Below, one piece after another: positions 8,859-18,252 of a DNA stretch of 64,000 nt. The stretch covers positions 1 through 64,000 of the forward strand of contig OY970192.1 of NCBI GenBank assembly GCA_963708135.1, read 5' to 3'. Source of the stretch: an uncultured Gemmatimonadales bacterium (lineage in GTDB: Bacteria > Gemmatimonadota > Gemmatimonadetes > Longimicrobiales > RSA9). Within the stretch, counting starts at the first letter, position 1. Each line of letters begins with the position of its first letter. The notes below the pieces were generated by a model that searched no databases, was not told the origin of the DNA, and saw only the letters and a program-made list of their open reading frames with translations. Position numbers and translations under genes: made by a program.

Positions 8859-10226
8859 TCAGGGACCGCCGCGCCGCTCCGCCGGCAGCAGGATGACGAG
8901 CTCCATCTGGATCTCGGGGAACTCCGAGGGCGCGTAGACGGCGAGGTTGCGGGACAGCCGGATCGCGTCCCAGTCGGGGCCGGAGCGGTCGAGCAGGAAG
9001 TACTGGTAGTCGAGCTTGACCGGGAGCGCGCCCGGCGGGCTCGGCACGTGGCTCATGCCGAGGCCCGGCAGGGCCTGGCGGATGAGGCGCTCGATCTGGC
9101 TCGCCGAGCTGATCTTCAGCAGGTGGGCCGCTTTCTGCAGCAGCTCGGCCGGCTTCATCCTGGCCGACAGCGCCAGGTACCACTGGGGCGCCGAGAAGTA
9201 GGCGTCCTGGTCGATCGACGTCGCGTACACGGACGGCTCGGTGGCGCGCAGCGGCAGCGATGCGTGGTTGGCCGGCACGACCGTCTCGAGCAGCTCCCGC
9301 ACCATCTCGTCCAGCCGCGTGAAGCAATCCGTCAGGTCGGCGTGGTCGTAGTCCGGCAGCATGCGCGGGTGGACGTCCGGCCGGAACGTCGTCAGGGCGC
9401 CCGCCAGCGCCAGCATGGCCGAGAAGAGCTCGGCCGGATGGCCGCGCCGGACCTCGAAGAGGTGCCGGAAGCGCGGCAGGTGCGTGTTCACGGTATAGAG
9501 CAGCCAGAAGTTGGCCACGTCCGCGACGCCGAAGTCGGCCAGGCCGCTGCTGCGCTGCCGCCGGACGCCGGAGAGTGCGCCGCTGCGCGCGGACAGGATC
9601 TCGACCAGCCTGCGCACGATCGCCATGAGGTGGGCACTGGCCCCGATGTCGAGCAGCGGCGGCACGAAGCGCGCGTCGAGCTCGTGGACGCCGGCGGCCG
9701 AGCGCACGACCCGGGCGATGGGCAGCGCGACGTGCCCCTCCAGCGACTCGCCCTCCGCGAGCAGCCGCAGGTTCTTGCGTGCCACCTGGACCGGCTTCTC
9801 GGCCAGGCCGGTGTTCTCGTCGCGCAGGCTCACGACCTCCGCGACGTAGCGGGTGCTGCGCTCGACGCGCCCCATGGACACGTTCTGCCCGCCGGGCCGG
9901 TCCTCCGGCACCGCCAGGTAGATGTCCATCGAGGTCTGGTCCGGGTCCCAGTGCTCCTCCAGCGGCTTGGGCGGCGGCGCGACATCCGAGCCGGGGACGT
10001 CGAAGGCGAGCCCGTCCGGGAACAGGCCCGACGCTTCACCCACCGAGAGCACCCCGCCCGCCAGCGCCTCGTGGTCCAGCTCGAGGCGGCTGAAGCCCCA
10101 GGGGCAGAACGTCAGCGAGGAGAGCTGGAAGCCCAGCGCGTCCTCCAGGAATCGGTCCTGCATCTGGAGGTGTTGCGGCGTGAGCAGCACGCCCTTCGTC
10201 CACAGCACCTTCTGCAATTGCCTCAT
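8859..10226 (-). CDS. tssK: T6SS baseplate protein TssK (paralogue 2)
   Basis: KVLWTKGVLLTPQHLQMQD, HPAELFSAMLALAGAL, YDHADL, ALPGLGMSH and YQYFLLD motifs. Confidence 0.93.
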   Translation of the reverse strand: MRQLQKVLWTKGVLLTPQHLQMQDRFLEDALGFQLSSLTFCPWGFSRLELDHEALAGGVLSVGEASGLFPDGLAFDVPGSDVAPPPKPLEEHWDPDQTSMDIYLAVPEDRPGGQNVSMGRVERSTRYVAEVVSLRDENTGLAEKPVQVARKNLRLLAEGESLEGHVALPIARVVRSAAGVHELDARFVPPLLDIGASAHLMAIVRRLVEILSARSGALSGVRRQRSSGLADFGVADVANFWLLYTVNTHLPRFRHLFEVRRGHPAELFSAMLALAGALTTFRPDVHPRMLPDYDHADLTDCFTRLDEMVRELLETVVPANHASLPLRATEPSVYATSIDQDAYFSAPQWYLALSARMKPAELLQKAAHLLKISSASQIERLIRQALPGLGMSHVPSPPGALPVKLDYQYFLLDRSGPDWDAIRLSRNLAVYAPSEFPEIQMELVILLPAERRGGP

Positions 10227-10324
10227 GGCGCTCCAGGCTGGTCGTGGGGTCCGACAAACTTCCCACCCCGTCCGTCCGCGAGCAAGGGTGTCGGGCAAAT
10301 CCCGATACGGGTGTAGTCGGTCTC

Positions 10325-10353
10325 TTGACAACCGAGCCGGCTCATCCTAAGCT
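10325..10353 (+). promoter_or_regulatory. Sigma70-type promoter upstream of the tssB operon
   Basis: TTGACA (10325-10330), 17 bp spacer, TAAGCT (10348-10353). Confidence 0.6.
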
Positions 10354-10675
10354 CGGGATCCCATCACCAAGCGTCGGACGCCTCACCCCGGGTTCGGGGG
10401 GCGGGGCTGGCCGGTCGGGGCTCCACGATCGTAGCCGACAGGCATGAAGCAGCACCGCGGGCGCGCCCGGCGGGACGAGGTCCCGGCCGTTCGCGCCCTC
10501 CGTCGGATTCCCGACGGACACGTGTGCCGCTGCCGCGGGACCGGTGATGGAGGTCGGAGCGGGTCGCAGCGCCCGACAGGCGGAAGGGGCGCGGCCCGGG
10601 TCGCATCGGCGCGAGGAAGCCGCGCCGTGCCGCTCGTGCAGAACGGAAGGCCTCAGCGTCGTTCCGCCCCCCCCG

Positions 10676-10774
10676 AGTCGATCGTCCCACCCGTCCCGGC
10701 AGGCGCGCCGCCCGCCGGGACGGCGCCGCGGATCGGGCGATCCGCCGCGCCGAGAACCCAGTCGATCGTCCCAC
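10676..10774 (+). repeat. 15 bp direct repeat AGTCGATCGTCCCAC x2 flanking two hairpins
   Basis: Exact copies at 10676-10690 and 10760-10774; stems 10691-10700/10714-10723 and 10728-10735/10738-10745 lie between them. Confidence 0.85.
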
Positions 10775-10794
10775 ATCTTGATTGGAGCATGACC

Positions 10795-11316
10795 ATGGCC
10801 GAGAGCGTTCACCGCAAACTCGAGAGAGTGCGCGCTCCGCGCGTGCACATCACCTACAATGTGGAGACGGGCGGCGCCATCGAGATGAAGGAGCTGCCCT
10901 TCGTCATGGGCGTGCTCGGTGATTTCACCGGCCACCCGGCGGAGGAGATGGCGAAGCTGAAGGAGCGCAAGTTCGTCGAGATCACGCCGGACAACTTCGA
11001 CGACGTGCTGAAGAGCATGAAGCCGCACCTGAACCTGACGGTGGAGAACAAGCTGAGCGAAGCCGGCGGCAAGATGGCGGTCGACCTGAAGTTCGAGAGC
11101 ATGGACGACTTCTCGCCCGACCGCGTGGCGCAGCAGATCGACCCGGTGAAGAAGCTGTTGGAGCTGCGCCAGCAGCTGGCGGATCTGCGGGGCAGCCTCC
11201 AGGGCAACGACAAGCTCGAGGAGATCCTGCAGTCGACGATCTCGGATGCGGAGAAGCTGGGCAAGCTGAAGGACGAGATTGGCCCCGAGCAGGAGGGAGG
11301 CTCCGATGGCGAGTGA
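10795..11316 (+). CDS. tssB: T6SS contractile sheath small subunit TssB
   Basis: [21 protein letters not shown] and MDDFSPD motifs; GGAG RBS. Confidence 0.96.
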   Translation: MAESVHRKLERVRAPRVHITYNVETGGAIEMKELPFVMGVLGDFTGHPAEEMAKLKERKFVEITPDNFDDVLKSMKPHLNLTVENKLSEAGGKMAVDLKFESMDDFSPDRVAQQIDPVKKLLELRQQLADLRGSLQGNDKLEEILQSTISDAEKLGKLKDEIGPEQEGGSDGE

Positions 11317-12787
11317 GGCGAAGCAGGCGGAAGCGGCGGCGGCGGCGGAGACGACCGAGGAGGTCTCCCTTCTCGATCAGATCGTGGCGACCGGCCGGTT
11401 CGGCAAGGACACCGCCGCGCAGGAGCGCGGCCGGGACATGGTGAAGCGGTTCGTCTCGGAGATCCTCGAGGGGGTGATCACGGTATCCGAGGACACCGAG
11501 TCGATGATCAATGCGCGCATCGCGCAGATCGACCGGCTGATCTCGGGCCAGGTCAACGCGGTGATGCACCACCCGGACTTCCAGAAGCTGGAGGGCTCCT
11601 GGCGCGGGCTGAAGTACCTGCTGTCCCAGAGCGAGACCTCCGCGATGATGAAGATCAAGGTCCTGAACTGCTCCAAGAAGGAGCTGTTGCGCGACCTGCA
11701 GCGCGCGCCCGAGTTCGATCAGAGCGCGTTCTTCAAGAAGGTCTACGAGGAGGAGTTCGGCGTCTTCGGCGGCGCGCCGTTCGGCGCGCTCATCGGCAAC
11801 TACGAGTTCGGCCGCAGCGGCCAGGACATCGAGCTGCTCGAGAAGGCCTCGCAGGTGGCGGCGGCGGCGCACGCGCCGTTCATGACCGCGGCCTCGGCCG
11901 AGATGTTCAACCTCGACTCGTTCACGCAGCTGGACGCGCCGCGCGACATGGGCAAGATCTTCGACACCACCGAGTACGCGCGCTGGAAGACGTTCCGCGA
12001 CAGCGAGGACTCGCGCTACGTCGCCCTCACGGCGCCGCGCATGCTGCTGCGCGAGCCGTACGGCAACGCCACCGTCCCGGTCGAGGCGTTCGATTTCGAG
12101 GAAGACACGACCGAGCACGACGGCTACCTGTGGGGCAACTCCGCGTGGGCGCTCGGTGCGCGTGTCAGCCAGGCGTTCTCCCAGTACGGCTGGTGCGCCA
12201 CGATCCGCGGCGTCGAGGGCGGCGGGCTGGTCGAGGGGCTGCCCGTCCACAACTTCCGCACCGATGCCGGCGACGTGACCATGAAGTGCCCGACCGAGTC
12301 GCCGATCACGGACCGGCGCGAGAAGGAGCTGGCGGACCTCGGCTTCGCGCCGCTGGTGCACTGCAAGGGCACGGACAAGGCGGCGTTCTTCAGCGTGCAG
12401 TCGGCACAGAAGCCGAAGATCTACGATTCGGACGCGGCCACCTCCAACGCCCGCCTGTCCGCGCAGCTGCCCTACATCTTCGCCGTCAGCCGCTTCGCGC
12501 ACTACCTGAAGGCGATGATGCGCGACAAGATCGGCAGCTACATGTCGCGCTCCGAGGCGGAGAACTTCCTGAACCGGTGGATCAGCAACTACATCGTCGG
12601 CAACGAGAACGCGTCGGCGGAGATGAAGGCCCGCTTCCCGCTTTCCGAGGCCCGCATCGAGGTGATGGAGGTGGCCGGCAAGCCCGGCGCCTACCGCGCA
12701 GTCGCGTTCCTGCGGCCGCACTTCCAGCTGGACGAGCTCTCCGTTTCGCTACGGCTCGTGGCCGAGCTGCCGGCACCGGCGGCTTGA
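11306..12787 (+). CDS. tssC: T6SS contractile sheath large subunit TssC
   Basis: [45 protein letters not shown] and LRPHFQL motifs. Confidence 0.97.
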   Translation: MASEAKQAEAAAAAETTEEVSLLDQIVATGRFGKDTAAQERGRDMVKRFVSEILEGVITVSEDTESMINARIAQIDRLISGQVNAVMHHPDFQKLEGSWRGLKYLLSQSETSAMMKIKVLNCSKKELLRDLQRAPEFDQSAFFKKVYEEEFGVFGGAPFGALIGNYEFGRSGQDIELLEKASQVAAAAHAPFMTAASAEMFNLDSFTQLDAPRDMGKIFDTTEYARWKTFRDSEDSRYVALTAPRMLLREPYGNATVPVEAFDFEEDTTEHDGYLWGNSAWALGARVSQAFSQYGWCATIRGVEGGGLVEGLPVHNFRTDAGDVTMKCPTESPITDRREKELADLGFAPLVHCKGTDKAAFFSVQSAQKPKIYDSDAATSNARLSAQLPYIFAVSRFAHYLKAMMRDKIGSYMSRSEAENFLNRWISNYIVGNENASAEMKARFPLSEARIEVMEVAGKPGAYRAVAFLRPHFQLDELSVSLRLVAELPAPAA

Positions 12788-12801
12788 GGCAGTGATCCCG
12801 G

Positions 12802-12826
12802 CCCGGCCGCCCGGGTGGCGGCCGGG
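12802..12826 (+). other. Perfect 10 bp stem-loop between tssC and hcp
   Basis: CCCGGCCGCC-CGGGT-GGCGGCCGGG; no U-tract follows. Confidence 0.6.
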
Positions 12827-12858
12827 TGCACTCAACTCGTGTTCGAGGAGGTGGCAGA

Positions 12859-13350
12859 ATGGCGTTTGATGCATATCTGAAGATCGAGGGCCCGGATGTC
12901 GCCGGCGAGAGCAAGGCGACGGGCTTCGAGAAGCAGATCGCGCTCTACAGCTTCAGTTGGGGCGCGAGCAACCCGGTGACCTTCGGATCGGGCACCGGCG
13001 GCGGGGCGGGCAAGGTGTCGGTCAGCTCGTTCAACCTGATGAAGAAGACCGATTCCGCGAGCCCGCTCCTCTTCCAGTCCTGCTGCAAGGGCGACCACTA
13101 CAAGAAGGCGACCGTGACGTTGCGCAAGGCGGGCGGGGAGCAGATCAACTATCTCGTCTACGAGTTCGATACGGTCTTTGTCGAGAGCATCCAGTGGTCG
13201 GGGTCGAGCGGTGGCGATGACACGCCGACGGAGTCGCTGAGCCTGGCTTACGCCAAGGTGACGATCAGCTACCAGCCGCAGACCGACAAGGGCGCTGCCG
13301 AGGGCAAGCCCATGCGTGCCTCGTGGGACCTGGAAAAGGTCTCGGCTTGA
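12859..13350 (+). CDS. hcp: T6SS tube protein Hcp (TssD)
   Basis: AYLKIEG..GES, SFSWG, KKTDSASPLL and ESLSLAY motifs; GAGGAGGT RBS. Confidence 0.96.
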   Translation: MAFDAYLKIEGPDVAGESKATGFEKQIALYSFSWGASNPVTFGSGTGGGAGKVSVSSFNLMKKTDSASPLLFQSCCKGDHYKKATVTLRKAGGEQINYLVYEFDTVFVESIQWSGSSGGDDTPTESLSLAYAKVTISYQPQTDKGAAEGKPMRASWDLEKVSA

Positions 13351-13369
13351 CGATTCGCGGAGGACGCGG

Positions 13370-14080
13370 ATGGTAAACGCGCAAGCGCTCTTCCAGGCGG
13401 GCAGGCTGGAGGAGACCATTGCCGCGCTGGGTGCGCAGCTCCGGAGCGATCCCACGGACCTCCGGAGCCGCACCTTCCTCTTCGAGCTGTTGTGCTTCGC
13501 GGGACAGTACGAGCGCGCGAGCAAGCAGCTCGACGTGGTGGCGGGCAGTGGCAAGGATGCCGAGATGGGCGCCTGGCTCTACCGCAGCGCGCTGCACGCC
13601 GAGGAAACGCGCCAGGAGATGTTCTCGAGTGGCGCGCCGCTGCCCGGCGCCCCGCCGCCGGCGGTATCGGGCACGCTGAACGGAAAGGCGTTCGAGTCCT
13701 TCGAGGATGCGGACCCCCGGCTGGGCGCGCGTCTCGAGATCTTCGCGGCGGGCCAGTACACCTGGCTGCCGCTGGCGCACATCGAGGGGGTCCGCTTCGA
13801 GGAGCCCCGGCAGCTCCGTGACCTGCTCTGGGCGCGCGCGCAGGTGGTGGCGGCGCCCGAGTTCCGGGACCTGGAGCTGGGCGAGGTGCTGATCCCGGTG
13901 CTCTCGCCGCTGAGCTGGCGAGAGCAGGACGATGCCATCCGGCTGGGTCGGGCCAGCGACTGGAACGAGCTGGCCGATGGCACGCCGGTGCCGGTCGGCC
14001 AGAAGCTGTTCCTCGTGGACGGGGAAGCGGTGCCGATCCTCGAGGTCCGCGAGCTCACGATCTCTCCCAAGCCGCAGTAG
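13370..14080 (+). CDS. tagJ: T6SS accessory protein TagJ (ImpE/HsiE)
   Basis: RTFLFELLCFAGQYERASKQL, DADPRLGARLE, LRDLLW and PVGQK motifs. Confidence 0.9.
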   Translation: MVNAQALFQAGRLEETIAALGAQLRSDPTDLRSRTFLFELLCFAGQYERASKQLDVVAGSGKDAEMGAWLYRSALHAEETRQEMFSSGAPLPGAPPPAVSGTLNGKAFESFEDADPRLGARLEIFAAGQYTWLPLAHIEGVRFEEPRQLRDLLWARAQVVAAPEFRDLELGEVLIPVLSPLSWREQDDAIRLGRASDWNELADGTPVPVGQKLFLVDGEAVPILEVRELTISPKPQ

Positions 14081-14098
14081 AATCGGCCGATCTCTTCC

Positions 14099-15943
14099 AT
14101 GCCGCTGAGCAGCGACCTCCTCCAGCCGATCCCGGGCGATGCCCCCGGGGGCGAGAACCTCCGCTACGAGCCCGTCTACGAGGAGCTCAAGCAGGCACGC
14201 ACCGAGGAGTCCGACCTGCCGCAGGGCGAGTGGCAGCGGGAGCGCAAGACGGCCGACTACGCCAAGGTCGTCAAGCTCGCCACGGAGGTGCTGGCCAAGC
14301 GGTCGAAGGACCTGCAGGTCGCGGCGTGGCTGACGGAGGCGCTGCTCCACCGCGAGGACTTCGCCGGGCTGCGGGACGGCCTCGAGCTGATGCGCTCGCT
14401 GATGGAGGTCTTCTGGGACGACCTCTGGCCCGAGGTCGAAGATGGCGACACGGGGCTGCGAGCGGCGCCGCTCGAGTGGATCGGTGGATACCTCGACGTG
14501 GCGGTCCGGCGCGTGCCGCTGAACCGGAGCGGGCACGGGCTGCTCGAGTACCGCGAGGCGCGGGCGGTCGGCTACGAGGCCGACGCCGAGGGTGACAGCA
14601 GCCGGATGGAAGCGCGCCAGCATGCGATCGAGGACGGGAAGCTGACGGCGGAGGACTTCGACGCCGGCTTCGACGCAACGCCGAAGCCGTTCTACAAGCA
14701 GCGCGTGGCCGACCTGGATGCCTCTCTCGAATCGCTCCAGACGCTGGATGGCTTCTGCGAGGAGATGTTCAAGGACGAGCCACCGAGCTTCGCCCGCCTG
14801 AGGGACGCGCTCAAGGAGACGCGCCAGGTGGCCGGGCAGCTGCTGGCGAAGAAGCTCGAGAAGGACCCCGATCCAGTCGAGATCGAGGCGGCTCCCGTCC
14901 TCGAGACCGGGGCCGAGGCGGGCGCCGACGCGGCGGCCGCAGGGGCCGCTCCGGCGCAGGGTGGCGGTGGAATCTCGCCGCTGCCGCGCAGCCGCGAAGA
15001 CGCCGCCGCCCGCATCGCGGCGGCCGCGAAGTACCTGCGCGGAGTGAAGCCGACGGATCCGGCGTCGTACCTCATGCTGCGGGGGTTCCGCTGGGGCGAG
15101 CTGCGCACGGGGGCCTCGTCGCTCGACCCGAAGCTGCTGGCGGCGCCGCCCACGGAGGTGCGCACGCGGCTGAAGACGTTCATGCTGGACGGCGAGTGGG
15201 CGCGGCTGCTGGACGCGGCGGAGGACGTGATGGCGACGCCGTACGGCCGCGGCTGGCTCGACCTGCAGCGCTACGTGGTCTCCGCGTGCGAGGCGCTCGG
15301 CTCGGAGTACGACGTGGTGGCGGGCGGCGTCATCGGCGCGCTCCGGCTGCTGCTCATGGACGTGCCGGAGCTGCTGGAGGCGACGCTGATGGACGACTCG
15401 CCGACGGCGAACGCGCAGACGAGGCGGTGGCTGGAGGCGCGGGTGGTCGCGGCGGAGGATGGGGAGGCCGGCGCGGCGCCGCCGGCCGGCGCACCCGCGC
15501 GGGCCGACGGGCGCACGCGCGGCGGGGGGCGCGGCGTCTACGAGATCGCGATGGACCGGGTGCGGGCCGGACAGCTCGACCGTGCGGTGGACCTGCTCAT
15601 GCGCGAAGCGGCGCAGGAGAAGAGCGCGCGCGCCCGCTTCCTGCGCCGCTCGGAGGCGGCGCGCATCATGGTGGACGGCCGGATGGAGACGGTGGCCGTG
15701 CCGATCCTGGAGGAGATGGTCCAGCAGATCGAGAAGCACGGGCTGGAGGAATGGGAGGACGGCGAGACGGTGGCGGCGCCACTGGCGCTGCTCTACCGGT
15801 GCCTCGAGCGGCTGGACACGGACGAGTCAACCCGGCAGGAGCTCTACCTGCGGGTCTGCCGGCTGGACCCGCTGCAGGCCATCCACTTCACGTCCGGCCA
15901 GTCGGCGGACGCCTCCAGTGATGCCCAGTCCGTCCCGGAGTGA
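14099..15943 (+). CDS. tssA: T6SS protein TssA (ImpA_N domain)
   Basis: LLQPIPGDAPGGENLRY, RSKDLQVAAWL and FWDDLWP motifs; middle domain WLDLQRY. Confidence 0.92.
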   Translation: MPLSSDLLQPIPGDAPGGENLRYEPVYEELKQARTEESDLPQGEWQRERKTADYAKVVKLATEVLAKRSKDLQVAAWLTEALLHREDFAGLRDGLELMRSLMEVFWDDLWPEVEDGDTGLRAAPLEWIGGYLDVAVRRVPLNRSGHGLLEYREARAVGYEADAEGDSSRMEARQHAIEDGKLTAEDFDAGFDATPKPFYKQRVADLDASLESLQTLDGFCEEMFKDEPPSFARLRDALKETRQVAGQLLAKKLEKDPDPVEIEAAPVLETGAEAGADAAAAGAAPAQGGGGISPLPRSREDAAARIAAAAKYLRGVKPTDPASYLMLRGFRWGELRTGASSLDPKLLAAPPTEVRTRLKTFMLDGEWARLLDAAEDVMATPYGRGWLDLQRYVVSACEALGSEYDVVAGGVIGALRLLLMDVPELLEATLMDDSPTANAQTRRWLEARVVAAEDGEAGAAPPAGAPARADGRTRGGGRGVYEIAMDRVRAGQLDRAVDLLMREAAQEKSARARFLRRSEAARIMVDGRMETVAVPILEEMVQQIEKHGLEEWEDGETVAAPLALLYRCLERLDTDESTRQELYLRVCRLDPLQAIHFTSGQSADASSDAQSVPE

Positions 15944-16421
15944 AGGGACGGTTCGGCTCTCCGTCCTCGATCGCCTGATCGACGAGAACCTGCGCGCCGG
16001 CGCCGACGCGCCGGTGCGCTGGCGCGAATCGGTCTCTTCCCTCAAGGCCTCGCTGCTCCGGGACATGGAGTGGCTGCTCAACACGCGGCAGGTCGCGGAG
16101 CCCGCGCCCGAGTCGCTCGTGGAGCTGCGCCGTTCGGTGTACAACTACGGCCTGCCGGACATCGCGTCGATCTCCGGGCACAGGGATGAGATGAGCCAGC
16201 TGCTGCTGCGCGAGATCGAGGAGGCGATCCAGCTGTTCGAGCCCCGCCTCACGGCGGTGCGCGTGACGCCCGCGCGCAACGACGATGAGACGCGGCGCCA
16301 GATCCGCTTCACCGTGGAGGGGCTGTTGCGCCTTGACCCGAACCCGGAGCGGGTGGTTTTCGACACCGTGCTGGACTCCTCCAGCGGGAAGATCGTGGTG
16401 GCGGGGGGCGACGGTGCGTGA
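15921..16421 (+). CDS. tssE: T6SS baseplate protein TssE (gp25-like)
   Basis: SVLDRLID, RDMEWLLNTR, SVYNYGLPD and FEPRL motifs. Confidence 0.93.
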   Translation: MPSPSRSEGTVRLSVLDRLIDENLRAGADAPVRWRESVSSLKASLLRDMEWLLNTRQVAEPAPESLVELRRSVYNYGLPDIASISGHRDEMSQLLLREIEEAIQLFEPRLTAVRVTPARNDDETRRQIRFTVEGLLRLDPNPERVVFDTVLDSSSGKIVVAGGDGA

Positions 16422-18252
16422 CGAGCTGCTGGAGTACTACGAGCGGGAGCTGAGCTTCCTGCGGCGGACGGGCGCCGAGTTCGCCGAGCAGTACCCGAAG
16501 GTGGCGTCGCGGCTGCTGCTGGAGCCGACCAAGTGCGACGACCCGCACGTGGAGCGGCTGCTCGAGGGCTTCGCGTTCCTGGCGGCGCGCGTGCACCTCA
16601 AGCTGGACGACGACTTCTCCGAGTTCGGGCAGGCGCTGCTCGACGTGGTCTACCCGCACTACACGCGGCCGATCCCATCGATGTCGCTGGTGCAGTTCCA
16701 CCTGGACCCGGAGCAGGGCAAGCTGAGCACGGGTCTCTCCATCCCGCGCGACACGATCCTCTACTCGCGGCCGGTCGGGGGCGCGGCGTGCCGGTTCCGG
16801 ACGTGCTACGACACGACGCTGTGGCCGCTGCGCGTGGCGGACGCCGGCTGGCGCGCGCCGCACGAGCTGAAGCCGCCGGTGCGCGCGCCGGGCGTCTCCT
16901 CCGCGCTGCGCGTGGAGCTCGAGTGCCTGCCGGACGTGAGCTTCGGCGATCTCGAGCTCGACACGCTGCGGCTGCACCTGCGGGGCGAGCCGGCGCTGGC
17001 GTCCACGCTCTACGAGGTGCTGTGCAACAACTGCACGGAGATCCTCGTGCGCGATGCGACGCCCGGCACGAAGAAGGAGCCGGTGCGGCTGCCCGCCTCG
17101 GCGCTGCGGCCCGTGGGCTTCGAGGGCGACGAGGGACTGCTGCCGCGCGAGCGGCGCGCTTTCGTGGGCTACCGGCTGCTGCTCGAGTACTTCGCGTTCC
17201 CGGAGAAGTTCTTCTTCCTCGACCTGTCCGGCTTCGACCGGGTACGCTCGGTGCTCGGGGGCGCGCGCGTCGAGGTGGTCTTCCTGCTCTCCTCCTTCGA
17301 GCGCGCCGAGCGGCGCTCGGTGCTCGAGAGCGGCGTCACGGCGGAGACGATCCGGCTGGGGTGCACGCCGATCGTGAACCTCTTCCCGCAGACGTCGGAG
17401 CCGATCCTGCTGACGCAGCGCCGCCACGAGCACGTGATCGTGCCGGACGCGCGCAGGCGCGACTCGATCGGCGTGTTCTCCGTCGAGGAGGTGGCGGGTG
17501 TCACGTCCGGCGAGGCGGAGCCGATTCGCTTCCAGCCGCTGTACTCGATGCGCCACGAGGACGCGGCCGGCCACGCCGTCTACTGGCGCGCCACGCGGCG
17601 CCCCGCGGGGTGGCGCGCGGACAAGGGGATGGACGTCTACCTGTCGTTCGTGGACGGCGCGGCCCGCATGGCGGATCCCGACGTCAACTCCGTGACGGCC
17701 CGCCTGCTCTGCCACAACGGCGACCTGCCGTCCCGGCTGCCCTTCGGCGGCAGCGACAGCGACTTCCAGATCCCGGGCGGCGGGCCGGTGGCGCGCGTGG
17801 TCTCGCTGGTCAAGCCGACCGAGGCGATCCAGCCGCCGGCCGACCGCTCGCGGCTGTGGCGGCTGATCTCGCTGCTCTCGCTGAACTACGTCTCGCTGGT
17901 GGACGGCGGGCCGCACGCGCTCCGCGAGCTGCTGCGGCTGCACAACTTCACCGGCTCGCCGGCGGGCGAGAAGCAGGTGCAGGGCATCCTCTCGGTTCAG
18001 GCGGCGCCGTCGCACGCGCGCATCGTGGGCGAGCAGGGCATCGCCTTCGCGCGCGGGCAGCGGGTCGAGATCCTGTTCGACGAGGAGCAGTACGCGGGGG
18101 GCGGCGTCTACCTGATGGCGAGCGTGCTGGAGCGATTCCTGGCGCTCTACGTCTCGCTCAACAGCTTCTGCACGCTGGCCGCGCGCACGCGGCAGCGGAA
18201 GGAGCTCCTGCGCGAATGGGAGCCGAGGTCGGGATGGAAGACGCTGCTGTAG
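16414..18252 (+). CDS. tssF: T6SS baseplate protein TssF
   Basis: LLEYYERELSFLR, DPHVERLLEGFAFLAARV, EYFAFPEKF, LGCTPIVNLF and WRLISLLSLN motifs; GTG start overlaps tssE. Confidence 0.96.
   Translation: MRDELLEYYERELSFLRRTGAEFAEQYPKVASRLLLEPTKCDDPHVERLLEGFAFLAARVHLKLDDDFSEFGQALLDVVYPHYTRPIPSMSLVQFHLDPEQGKLSTGLSIPRDTILYSRPVGGAACRFRTCYDTTLWPLRVADAGWRAPHELKPPVRAPGVSSALRVELECLPDVSFGDLELDTLRLHLRGEPALASTLYEVLCNNCTEILVRDATPGTKKEPVRLPASALRPVGFEGDEGLLPRERRAFVGYRLLLEYFAFPEKFFFLDLSGFDRVRSVLGGARVEVVFLLSSFERAERRSVLESGVTAETIRLGCTPIVNLFPQTSEPILLTQRRHEHVIVPDARRRDSIGVFSVEEVAGVTSGEAEPIRFQPLYSMRHEDAAGHAVYWRATRRPAGWRADKGMDVYLSFVDGAARMADPDVNSVTARLLCHNGDLPSRLPFGGSDSDFQIPGGGPVARVVSLVKPTEAIQPPADRSRLWRLISLLSLNYVSLVDGGPHALRELLRLHNFTGSPAGEKQVQGILSVQAAPSHARIVGEQGIAFARGQRVEILFDEEQYAGGGVYLMASVLERFLALYVSLNSFCTLAARTRQRKELLREWEPRSGWKTLL

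Noticed and set aside
10290..10320. GGGCAAATCCCGATACGGG resembling a c-di-GMP-I riboswitch start
   Set aside because: Lacks the GAAA tetraloop and GACGCAAAG elements, and lies upstream of the predicted promoter.
10676..10774. Direct repeat pair as a mini CRISPR array
   Set aside because: Only two 15 bp copies, spacer too long, and no cas genes.
10444..10794. N-terminal extension of TssB in the ORF track
   Set aside because: Low-complexity translation; RBS and homology favour a start at 10795.
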